A stretch of DNA of 44,197 nucleotides from Candidatus Dormiibacterota bacterium (GTDB lineage Bacteria; Chloroflexota; Dormibacteria; Aeolococcales; Aeolococcaceae): the NCBI GenBank assembly GCA_003142035.1, contig PLOF01000074.1:51205-95401 (forward strand), read 5' to 3'. How positions within the stretch are numbered: position 1 is the first letter of the stretch; the number at the start of each line of letters is the position of its first letter. Below the pieces are notes generated by a model. The model ran no database searches. It was given only the letters and a program-made list of their open reading frames with translations, and was not told where the DNA came from. The position numbers were made by a program, and so were the translations under genes. Shown piece by piece: positions 18,790 to 26,512 of the stretch.

Positions 18790-19326
18790 TTACTGCGCCG
18801 GAGGCGGCGGAGGAGTCTGGTTGAAGCCGGAGAACGTGGTGCTGAGCGGCGCGGTCGCCGGCTGGGCGTCGCTCTTGCTGAGCCAGCCGCCGACGGCAAC
18901 CGCCGCAGCCGTGATCACCCCGACGAAGAAGCCGATGGAGATCCCCGCCGAGTATCCAGGCCCGGAGTAGCTCGCACTCCCAGCGTAGGTCAGGTAGAGG
19001 ACGACCATCAGCAGGATGAAGACGCCGCCCACGGCGTAGATCAGGTAGTCGGCGGCCGGGAGGGCGGGCAACACCTGCGGGGCGAAGGTCCGGAGAGCGA
19101 ACAGCACGATGAGGACGAGTAGGACGATGAATCCCAACAAGCCCGACCAGTTGCCGAAGCCGCTGCTGCCACCGCTCGTGCTGACGCCGTAGCCCGCGAG
19201 ACCCGAGTAATTGAAGCTGAAGGCCCACCACCACGGGATGAACCAGTTGATCAGAGCGAGGATGAGGCCACCACCCAGGATCAACTGGCCGTTCGAATAG
19301 GTCTTTCCACCTATCTGTGCTGGCAT
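18790..19326 (-). CDS. Hypothetical membrane protein (about 4 TM, Pro-rich tail)
   Basis: Four hydrophobic segments, Gly/Ser loops, AAGGAG SD upstream. Confidence 0.85.
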   Translation of the reverse strand: MPAQIGGKTYSNGQLILGGGLILALINWFIPWWWAFSFNYSGLAGYGVSTSGGSSGFGNWSGLLGFIVLLVLIVLFALRTFAPQVLPALPAADYLIYAVGGVFILLMVVLYLTYAGSASYSGPGYSAGISIGFFVGVITAAAVAVGGWLSKSDAQPATAPLSTTFSGFNQTPPPPPAQ

Positions 19327-19575
19327 TTCAGGTACTTGAACTCCTTTGCGCGTATTGGGTTGGGCGACGGACGAAGGCTACCGCCTTGTGGTAGCCACTC
19401 ACAACTAGGAATCAGGATTCACATACGCGGATGTCGCAACCCCTGGTCGGCCGGTGCGCCGGCCCCCCGGATGGGGCGCTCCCCGACTGGCCATCCCCCT
19501 CGCGGAGCGGTCCACGCCCTCGCGGAGCCGGCGGTGCTCCCCTCCGCAACTCCTCGCCCCCTCCCCGTGCCCATC

Positions 19576-19770
19576 TCAGTCCGACTCCACGACCGGCAAG
19601 GCGAGCAGGGTGTCGAGCTTGGCCTGAGCCAGTTCCAGCAGGTTGGGCACCGCCTCGACCGGCAGATCCAGCCGGGCGGCGATCGCCGCGTGGTCAACGC
19701 CCTGGTCGCGCAGGCGGAGCGCCACCGCATAGGCCGGAGTCAACTCCGAAAGGGCCAGCTCCCGGTTCAT
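19576..19770 (-). CDS. Small stand-alone sigma70 region-4/HTH-like protein
   Basis: ALSELTPAYAVALRLR...IAARLDLPVEAV...LAQAKL resembles sigma region 4; TAGCGT ends 8 nt before the ATG. Confidence 0.7.
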   Translation of the reverse strand: MNRELALSELTPAYAVALRLRDQGVDHAAIAARLDLPVEAVPNLLELAQAKLDTLLALPVVESD

Positions 19771-19806
19771 CGAAGGGCACGCTAGGCAGATCCGGGAGCC
19801 ACGTCA

Positions 19807-19875
19807 TGAGTACCGCGGTACCCAGCCCGGGTCCGCGGACACCCCGAGGTACTCAGAAGGAGTTGTCAGTACTCA
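19807..19875. promoter_or_regulatory. Cluster of TACYCA/TGAGTAC heptamers, candidate LuxR/NarL-type operator
   Basis: TGAGTAC-cgcg-GTACCCA inverted pair (19807-19824) and GTACTCA at 19849 and 19869. Confidence 0.5.
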
Positions 19876-22524
19876 TTCGACGCGGGCCGGGACCGTGGCG
19901 AGCACCACAGCAAGCTGCGCCCGTGAGCTCACCCCGAGCTTGGAGTACGCCTGCTGAAGGTGGTTCTCCACGGTGCGGACGGAGAGCCCGAGCCGGGCGG
20001 CGAGGTCCGCGCTGCTCGCCCCTCCGGAGGCCATCTGGGCCACCTGGAACTCGCGGTGGGTCAGAGCGCGCCGCGTGGCGACGCGGGCGATGACGGGTGA
20101 CCCGCTCTGCTCGCAGTCCGCCGTCAGAGCGGCGCTCCGGAGCATGGGCACCCGGGCGCGGTTCGGCATCCCCGCTTTCTGGTGGACCTCGGCCGCTTCC
20201 GTCGCCGCCTCGGCGGCGAGCAGGGTGAGCCCCATCCGTTCGAAGTCGAGGGAGATGCGCTCGAGACCGGGGCCGTCGGCAGCAGCGAGCGCTCGCACGT
20301 GGGCCGCCAGGGCGGGGATGAGATCCCCCTCGCAGCAATCGGCAAGGAGCACCAGCCGGTGGGCTCCGACGAGATCGCCGAGGCGCGCGGCGTCGTGAAG
20401 CGCCCACGCCTCCAGGGAGGAGAAGCCGACCTCGCGCCAGCCGGCGGCCGCACGCAGGGCGGCCTGAGCAGGCCGCGCGGCCTCGCCCTGCGCCCAGAGG
20501 ACCCACGCTTCGCAGAGATCGACCCAGGGCACCTCGGTAGGCGGAGCGACGACGGCGGCGCGAGCCGCGGCGAGGGCCGTCTCGGCGCGCCGGAGGTCGC
20601 CGCGGAGGCTGGCGGCCTGCGCGAGGAGCCCCTCCACGGTCACCACGTGACCTCCGCCAGCCATGTAGCGGTGGCAGATCGAGCCTCCCTCCTCCAGCCA
20701 TGACCGGGCCGTCCGGCTCCTCCCCGACAGCAGGGCCGCCCAGCCCACCAGTCCGGTCCAGTAGCCGCGCAGCGGTTCGAGGCTGGACTCCACGAGCCGG
20801 TCGTGAACCTCTGCGGCGAGCCGGGCGGCCTCAGGGATCCGGCCGGCGAAGCAGAGCGCCATCCATCGCCCGGTGAGCAGGGTGGAGCGAGTGGCCAGCA
20901 GTTCCGGGGAGTCACGGAGGAGCTCCACCCCGGTGTCGAGAGCGGTGACGGCCTGGAGGGGCCGCCCGGAGAAGGCGAGTGCCAGACCGCGCACGCCGAT
21001 GGCTCCGATCTGCGCGGCCAGGGGCAAGGCGGCGCGCTCGAGGACAGCGGTGCTGAGGGACTCGGCCGTCCCGAGGCGGCCCGCCGACAACTCGAAGAGA
21101 GCCCGGGTCACGATCAGTTCGGAGGCGGCGTCCTCGGGGAGGCGGTCCAACGCCTCGCTGAGGACCTCCAGGGCCCGGTCGGCGCGACCCAGCCCGTGGT
21201 GGAGGTTCTGGGCGCTGGCCAGGGCCAGATCGGCCGCCTGGGCGGCCCCGACGGGGCGGGCGGCCTCGAGCACAGCCTGTGCCTCCTCCGGCCGGCGCAG
21301 TCCGGTCATGGCCCGGGAGAGCGCGATCTCCGCGGGGAAGCCCGCACCCGAGTCCACGGCGGCCCGCGCCAGCGCCGCGGCGGTGTCGAAGCGGCCGGAG
21401 CCGAGCATCCAGCGGGCCGCCGCCAGGGCGGACTCCGCGTGGACCGGCTGCCCCGCCTCCAGGCGGATCATGGCCAGCCGGCTCGAGTCGTCACCGCGGC
21501 GGAGCGGCGTCGCCTCCAGGGCGTCACCGAGCCGCCCGAGCAGCTCCCGCCTCCGGAGCGGGGTCAGGCCTCCGCGCAGCGCCTCGGCGTAGAGGGGATG
21601 GGCCAGCCGCACCTGCCAGCGCCGCCGGTACCTCTCCGTCACGGTGGAGGTGGTGATCACTCCCGCCGCCTCGAGTTCCCGGATGACGGCGGGCGCCGCC
21701 AGCCTCTCCAGAACGTCGAGGGGAAGTGGCTCGGAGAGAGCGAGCGCCTCGGCCGCCCCGCGCTGGGCCGCGGAGAGGGGGCGAAGCCGCTGCTGGATGG
21801 CCTCGAGAGGGCCTCCCGCCGCCACCGGCTCTCCTTCCCAGCGCCACACGCCGTCCCGCTCCGCCAGGGCGCCGGACCCGAGCCCGATCTCGACCAGCTC
21901 ATGGAGGAAGAGAACGTTGCCCTGGCTCAGCCGGCTCAGCTCGTAACGCGTGCCGGCGTCCAGGTGACCGTCGAGCGCCTGGCCGAGGAGCGCCTCCACC
22001 TCGGTCCGGGAGAGGGGTTGGAGCTCGATCCAGCCGATGGCCCCCTCCTTCCGCAGCCCCACAATCGGGTCGGGAAGGGCCTCGCCGGAGCGTGCCGTGA
22101 GCAGCAGAGACGCGGTCTGAGTACTGGCCAGTTGATGCAGGAGGGCGGACGAGGCGGCATCGAGGAGGTGGGCATCGTCGACGGAGACCACCAGCCGCCC
22201 GTTCCCTCGCTCGTGGCGGAGCTCGCGAACGCTGTGCCGGAGGACGTCGAGCGGGCTCATGGAGAGCGCCTCCGGGAGGAGCGGCGCGAGGGGACCGAAG
22301 GGGATGGTCGCCGCCGCCTCCGTGGCGGTCACCTCACGGATGAGCCATCCATCGCGGCGCAGTCTGGCGAGCGCCTCGCCGCGGAGCCGGGTCTTGCCGA
22401 CCCCATGGGCGCCCGCGATGATGACGCCGCACGAGGCCGGGCGCTCGAGCTCACGAGCTAGCAGCGCCAGCTCCTCGTGCCGGCCGACGAGTGGCCACGG
22501 CGACCGGCTGGCGGTGGAGGGCAT
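19873..22524 (-). CDS. Large ATP-binding LuxR-family (LAL/MalT-like) regulator
   Basis: Walker A GAHGVGKT, Walker B VSVDDAH, GNVLFL, C-terminal LuxR HTH LTHREFQVA...SVRTVENHL. Confidence 0.92.
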   Translation of the reverse strand: MPSTASRSPWPLVGRHEELALLARELERPASCGVIIAGAHGVGKTRLRGEALARLRRDGWLIREVTATEAAATIPFGPLAPLLPEALSMSPLDVLRHSVRELRHERGNGRLVVSVDDAHLLDAASSALLHQLASTQTASLLLTARSGEALPDPIVGLRKEGAIGWIELQPLSRTEVEALLGQALDGHLDAGTRYELSRLSQGNVLFLHELVEIGLGSGALAERDGVWRWEGEPVAAGGPLEAIQQRLRPLSAAQRGAAEALALSEPLPLDVLERLAAPAVIRELEAAGVITTSTVTERYRRRWQVRLAHPLYAEALRGGLTPLRRRELLGRLGDALEATPLRRGDDSSRLAMIRLEAGQPVHAESALAAARWMLGSGRFDTAAALARAAVDSGAGFPAEIALSRAMTGLRRPEEAQAVLEAARPVGAAQAADLALASAQNLHHGLGRADRALEVLSEALDRLPEDAASELIVTRALFELSAGRLGTAESLSTAVLERAALPLAAQIGAIGVRGLALAFSGRPLQAVTALDTGVELLRDSPELLATRSTLLTGRWMALCFAGRIPEAARLAAEVHDRLVESSLEPLRGYWTGLVGWAALLSGRSRTARSWLEEGGSICHRYMAGGGHVVTVEGLLAQAASLRGDLRRAETALAAARAAVVAPPTEVPWVDLCEAWVLWAQGEAARPAQAALRAAAGWREVGFSSLEAWALHDAARLGDLVGAHRLVLLADCCEGDLIPALAAHVRALAAADGPGLERISLDFERMGLTLLAAEAATEAAEVHQKAGMPNRARVPMLRSAALTADCEQSGSPVIARVATRRALTHREFQVAQMASGGASSADLAARLGLSVRTVENHLQQAYSKLGVSSRAQLAVVLATVPARVE

Positions 22525-22582
22525 GTGCAGTGAGGTGCATTGTGCCAGCGCCGGCGCGGGTCCGCACGCGGGCTAGCCGGTG

Positions 22583-23458
22583 CTAGTACTGGTCCTCCGG
22601 ACGCACGTCCTCGTCGACGTCGTCGTCCTCCTTCTCCACGTCCTCGAGCGGTGCGGGCTCCTCGAACTCCTCGCCGGACGCGAGCGGCTCGGCCTCCTCG
22701 CCGGTCCCACCGGCCTCGGCAACATCCTCGTCGTTGCCATCTGCCGTGGCGCCCTCGTCCACCCCACGCTGCGCGAGCAGGGACTCCTTGGCGTAGGGCC
22801 TGAACTCCTCTCGCCGCTGCCGGCTGACCGGGAAGGACGACTTGCGGGCGTTCTCGGTGGACTGGAAGGCCTCGCGGATGATGATCTCGATCTGGCTCTC
22901 CTCCGCCCGGGCCACCACCGCCGTGTAGCGGTTGCCGGTGGAGATGAGGGGCACGAGCCGGCGGGCGATCTTGCTGTCGACGTCGCCGAGCACGACACCC
23001 GCGATCGTCTGGGCCTGGAGGCCGCCGTCCTGAAGATGCAGCTCCACGACCTCGCCGGGCGCGACCACTATCACCACTCCGGACTTGGGCGGGTTGAGCA
23101 CGGTGAGCGCGCTCTTGCCGGGCTCCTCGGCGAAGAGGTCGACGTCGATCGCCCCCTTGGCTCCGGCGATCTTCTCGCGGCTTTCGAGAAGGAGCCGAAG
23201 CTTGCGAACGTTCTTCTGGGCGATCACGTTCTCCGAGTTGATCTGCAACGCCTGCGAATACGCATCGAGGGCGGCCTGATGCTCGCCGAGCTCGGTCAGC
23301 GCCTTGCCGATCCTGTTGAAGGTCTCCTCGACGCCTCCGTGCCGCTCGACCAGGGCGCGGTTGATGGCGAGGGCGTCCTGCCATCTGCTCTCCAGGGCCG
23401 CCTGGACGGCCTCTTCCACGTATAGGGCGCGCGGTTTGACACGTTCGGCTTCAGCCAC
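22583..23458 (-). CDS. TPR-repeat protein with putative HIRAN-like domain and acidic tail
   Basis: TPR (FNRIGKALTELGEHQAALDAYSQALQINSEN), beta-rich middle domain, D/E-rich C-terminus; GGGAG SD. Confidence 0.8.
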   Translation of the reverse strand: MAEAERVKPRALYVEEAVQAALESRWQDALAINRALVERHGGVEETFNRIGKALTELGEHQAALDAYSQALQINSENVIAQKNVRKLRLLLESREKIAGAKGAIDVDLFAEEPGKSALTVLNPPKSGVVIVVAPGEVVELHLQDGGLQAQTIAGVVLGDVDSKIARRLVPLISTGNRYTAVVARAEESQIEIIIREAFQSTENARKSSFPVSRQRREEFRPYAKESLLAQRGVDEGATADGNDEDVAEAGGTGEEAEPLASGEEFEEPAPLEDVEKEDDDVDEDVRPEDQY

Positions 23459-23532
23459 TGACGAACTCCCTCAGCGTCGACTCGATCGTTCGGCCCGCTG
23501 CCGGATTGGCTTTGGCAATAGGCGGGGTCCGC

Positions 23533-23538
23533 TATGAT
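23533..23538 (+). promoter_or_regulatory. Putative -10 (TATGAT) for the parA operon
   Basis: Near-consensus hexamer in the divergent intergenic region. Confidence 0.55.
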
Positions 23539-23603
23539 ACCGGCTCAGTGCGGCGCATCTGTTCGACAAGGTTTTCCACCCCCGCTCCGGCTCGGGTCGT
23601 GCT

Positions 23604-24437
23604 GTGACGCGGGTCATCGCCATCGCCAACCAGAAGGGCGGCGTGGGCAAGACCACCACCGCCGTCAACCTGGCCGCCGCCCTCGCCGAGGCAGGCGCCC
23701 GGGTGCTGGCGGTCGACCTCGATCCGCAGGGCCACCTGACCATCAACATGGGCGTGCGCCGACCAGATGAGCTGGAGGTGACCGTCTACAACATCCTCAC
23801 CGAGCCGAACACCACCGCGGCCGAAGCCCGGCTGCGCTCGGAGCCGATCGGTTTGGACTTCCTGCCCGCCAACATCGAGCTCTCGGGTGCCGAGCTGCAA
23901 CTGGTGACCGAATTCGGCCGGGAGTCGGTGCTCCAGGAGAAGCTCACCCCCCTGCTGCCCGAATTCGACTACGCCATCATCGACTGCCCCCCCTCGCTCG
24001 GCCTCCTCTGCGTCAATGCCCTGGTGGTCGCCACCGAGGTGATCATCCCCCTGCAGTGCGAGTACTTCGGGATGAAGGGGATGCAGCAGCTCCAGAAGAC
24101 CATCGATCGGGTGCGGGCAAAGCTCAACCCTCAGCTCAGCATCTGCGGCATCCTCCCGACCATCTACAAGCCGCGGACGCTGCACAGCCAGGAGGTTCTC
24201 GAGCTGGTCAAGGAGCGCTACGGGAAGGAGGTCTTCGACGTTCGGGTGGACGCCTCCATCCGCTTTGCCGAGACACCGCTGGCGGGGCTCTCCATCCTCC
24301 AGTACGCCCCCGAATCCCCGGGCGCCAGGGCGTACCGCGCCCTCGCCCGCATCGTCATGGCCCAGAGTGCCGAGCCGGAAGTCCCGGAGGCGGAGGCTGC
24401 GCCGGCACAACCCAAGGCGCGGGCGGGGCACCCGTGA
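23604..24437 (+). CDS. ParA/Soj-family ATPase (orphan)
   Basis: NQKGGVGKTTT deviant Walker A, DLDPQG, IIDCPPSLG and PLQCEY motifs; no parB adjacent. Confidence 0.95.
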   Translation: MTRVIAIANQKGGVGKTTTAVNLAAALAEAGARVLAVDLDPQGHLTINMGVRRPDELEVTVYNILTEPNTTAAEARLRSEPIGLDFLPANIELSGAELQLVTEFGRESVLQEKLTPLLPEFDYAIIDCPPSLGLLCVNALVVATEVIIPLQCEYFGMKGMQQLQKTIDRVRAKLNPQLSICGILPTIYKPRTLHSQEVLELVKERYGKEVFDVRVDASIRFAETPLAGLSILQYAPESPGARAYRALARIVMAQSAEPEVPEAEAAPAQPKARAGHP

Positions 24438-24721
24438 TGCCCGGGTTCCGCCGTGCCCAGCTGCGCGGCTCCGAAGAGCTGTTCCGCAGCACCGAGGAGC
24501 CCGCCCCGGCCGAGCACCCCCTGCCGGAACCAGCGGTCCACCCAGTCCCGGCGGCGCCCACGCACAACCTCCGATCGGTTCGCCTCAGCGAGGATGACAT
24601 CCAGCTCCTGGCGGAGGCCGTCCAGCACCTCAAGTTCCCGGGAAAGACACCTGCCCGCCCATCGATCGGCGACTTCGAGCGCCTCGAGGCGCTGCGGCAG
24701 AAGCTGCTCCGAATTCTCTAG
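24437..24721 (+). CDS. Small ParA-associated protein (94 aa)
   Basis: TGATG overlap with parA; N-terminal RRAQLRGSEELF, Pro linker, C-terminal beta-alpha-alpha-like segment. Confidence 0.75.
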   Translation: MPGFRRAQLRGSEELFRSTEEPAPAEHPLPEPAVHPVPAAPTHNLRSVRLSEDDIQLLAEAVQHLKFPGKTPARPSIGDFERLEALRQKLLRIL

Positions 24722-24785
24722 AGCACCCCTTCCCAGCGGCTGGAGGGAAGGTCAGTCCCCCTGCCGGTCTGCTAGCTTGCCGGGG

Positions 24786-25073
24786 ATGGTCATCGGAACC
24801 CTCGTGCTCCGCCTCCAGATCCCGGGGAGCGAGTCCCTCAAGGACAAGCGGCAGGTGGTGCGCTCGCTGGTCGCCCGCGTGCGCCGGACGTTCGACGTCG
24901 CCATCGCGGAGGTCGGCGACCAGGATCTCTGGCAGGCTGTGGAGCTGGGGGTGGCCTGTGTCTCCAACGACGCGCGTCACGCCGACGAAGTCTGCCAGAA
25001 GGTGCTCAATTACGTGGGCGAGGACGCGGAGGCGCTGCTCGTCGACTCCAGGTTCGAGGTGGTGCGCCTGTGA
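24786..25073 (+). CDS. DUF503 (YlxP-like) protein
   Basis: SLKDKRQVVRS, AEVGDQDLWQ and GVACVSN are typical of DUF503; TAGCTT ends 7 nt before the ATG. Confidence 0.9.
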   Translation: MVIGTLVLRLQIPGSESLKDKRQVVRSLVARVRRTFDVAIAEVGDQDLWQAVELGVACVSNDARHADEVCQKVLNYVGEDAEALLVDSRFEVVRL

Positions 25074-26512
25074 ATACGGGACCCGGGGTGTCCCGGAGGC
25101 TGACGCTCGCCGGCCCCGCAGGCCGCTGGCTCCTGATCGCGGCCGTGCTCGGTTCGGGGATGGCGCTCCTCGACACGACGATGGTCATCGTCGCCCTGCC
25201 CGCCATCGGGCGCACCCTGGGCGGAGGCCTCTCCACGCAGCAATGGGTGCTCGATGCCTACCTGATCACCCTCGCCGGGTTGGTCCTCCTAGGCGGGGCT
25301 CTCGGTGAGGTGGCCGGCCACGGCCGGGTCTTCCTTGCCGGAGCAGTGGCCTTTGGGGTGACCTCCGCCGTCTGCGGGGTGGCTCCCACCGGTGCTGTCC
25401 TCATCGTCGCCCGCCTGTTCCAGGGAGCCGCGGCCAGCCTGCTGGTACCCGGGGCCCTGGCTCTCGTCTCCACGAGCTTCTCCGGCGAGGAGCGCGGACG
25501 GGCGATCGGGGCCTGGTCGGGGATCTCCGGCCTCGCCACCGTCATCGGCCCGCTCCTCGGGGGACTGCTGGTCGACCACGCCGGCTGGAGATGGGTCTTC
25601 CTCATCAACATCCCGCTGGCGGCCGCAGCTGTCGCGGCCGCATACCACCACCTCCCCCCTCGAGAGCTGCGGTCCACAGCACTCGGCGCACACCAGGACG
25701 GCGGCGGGGCGCTCACCGCGACGGCCGGTCTCGGGCTGCTGGTCTGCGGCCTGATCGAGGCCCGCAACGTCGGGACGCCGCTCGCGGCCGGCGCGGTGGT
25801 CCTGGGCCTCGCGCTGCTGGTCGCCTTCGGGGTCATCGAGTCGCGCCGCGAGCGCCCCCTGCTGCCGCTCTCGCTATTCGCCATCCGGGGGTTTGCGGTG
25901 GCCAACCTGACCACCCTCCTCGTTTACGGTGCCCTGAGTGCCGCCCTCTTCCTGGTGGTCCTCGAGCTGCAGCAGGTAACCGGCTACAGCGCCCTGGCCT
26001 CCGGAGCGGCCATCTTCCCGATCACGCTGCTGCTGTTTCTCCTCTCCCCGCGACTCGGGGGACTGGTGTCCCGCATGGGTTCCCGCCGCCTGATCACCCT
26101 GGGGCCCGTCGTCGCCGCGCTGGGTCTCCTGCTCTTCCTGCGGGTGGCGGCTTCGGCCTCGTACCTGACGGTGGTGCTGCCCGCCGCCGCCGTCTTCGGG
26201 CTCGGCCTCGCCCTCACCGCCGCACCCCTCACCACCACCATCCTGGGAGCCGTGCCATCGACGCGTGCGGGGATCGCCTCCGGGGTCAACAACGCCGTCA
26301 CGCGGGTGGCCGGTCTCCTCGCGGTGGCGGCGGTCCCCTTGGCGGCCGGGCTCGCAGGCGCGGCCGACGGGGCCGGAACCGGCTTCACCAGCGGCTTTCA
26401 CCACGCCATGCTGATCTCCGCCGTCCTCTGCCTTCTCGGCGCCGTGGTCTCCTTCGTGGGACTCCGGCCACCTCGGCATCCCGCACCTCCGAACGAAGCG
26501 ACCACCGAGTGA
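25070..26512 (+). CDS. MFS drug-efflux transporter, DHA2/EmrB-like
   Basis: LDTTMVIVALP, QWVLDAYL, ERGRAIGAW and GWRWVFLINIP motifs; about 14 TM. Confidence 0.92.
   Translation: MNTGPGVSRRLTLAGPAGRWLLIAAVLGSGMALLDTTMVIVALPAIGRTLGGGLSTQQWVLDAYLITLAGLVLLGGALGEVAGHGRVFLAGAVAFGVTSAVCGVAPTGAVLIVARLFQGAAASLLVPGALALVSTSFSGEERGRAIGAWSGISGLATVIGPLLGGLLVDHAGWRWVFLINIPLAAAAVAAAYHHLPPRELRSTALGAHQDGGGALTATAGLGLLVCGLIEARNVGTPLAAGAVVLGLALLVAFGVIESRRERPLLPLSLFAIRGFAVANLTTLLVYGALSAALFLVVLELQQVTGYSALASGAAIFPITLLLFLLSPRLGGLVSRMGSRRLITLGPVVAALGLLLFLRVAASASYLTVVLPAAAVFGLGLALTAAPLTTTILGAVPSTRAGIASGVNNAVTRVAGLLAVAAVPLAAGLAGAADGAGTGFTSGFHHAMLISAVLCLLGAVVSFVGLRPPRHPAPPNEATTE

Noticed and set aside
18640-18790. His-codon attenuator or T-box leader for the his operon
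   Set aside because: No His-rich leader peptide or T-box motif recognised; the -10 sits 8 nt from the hisZ start.
23459-23603. parS site near parA
   Set aside because: No TGTTTCACGTGAAACA-like palindrome seen.
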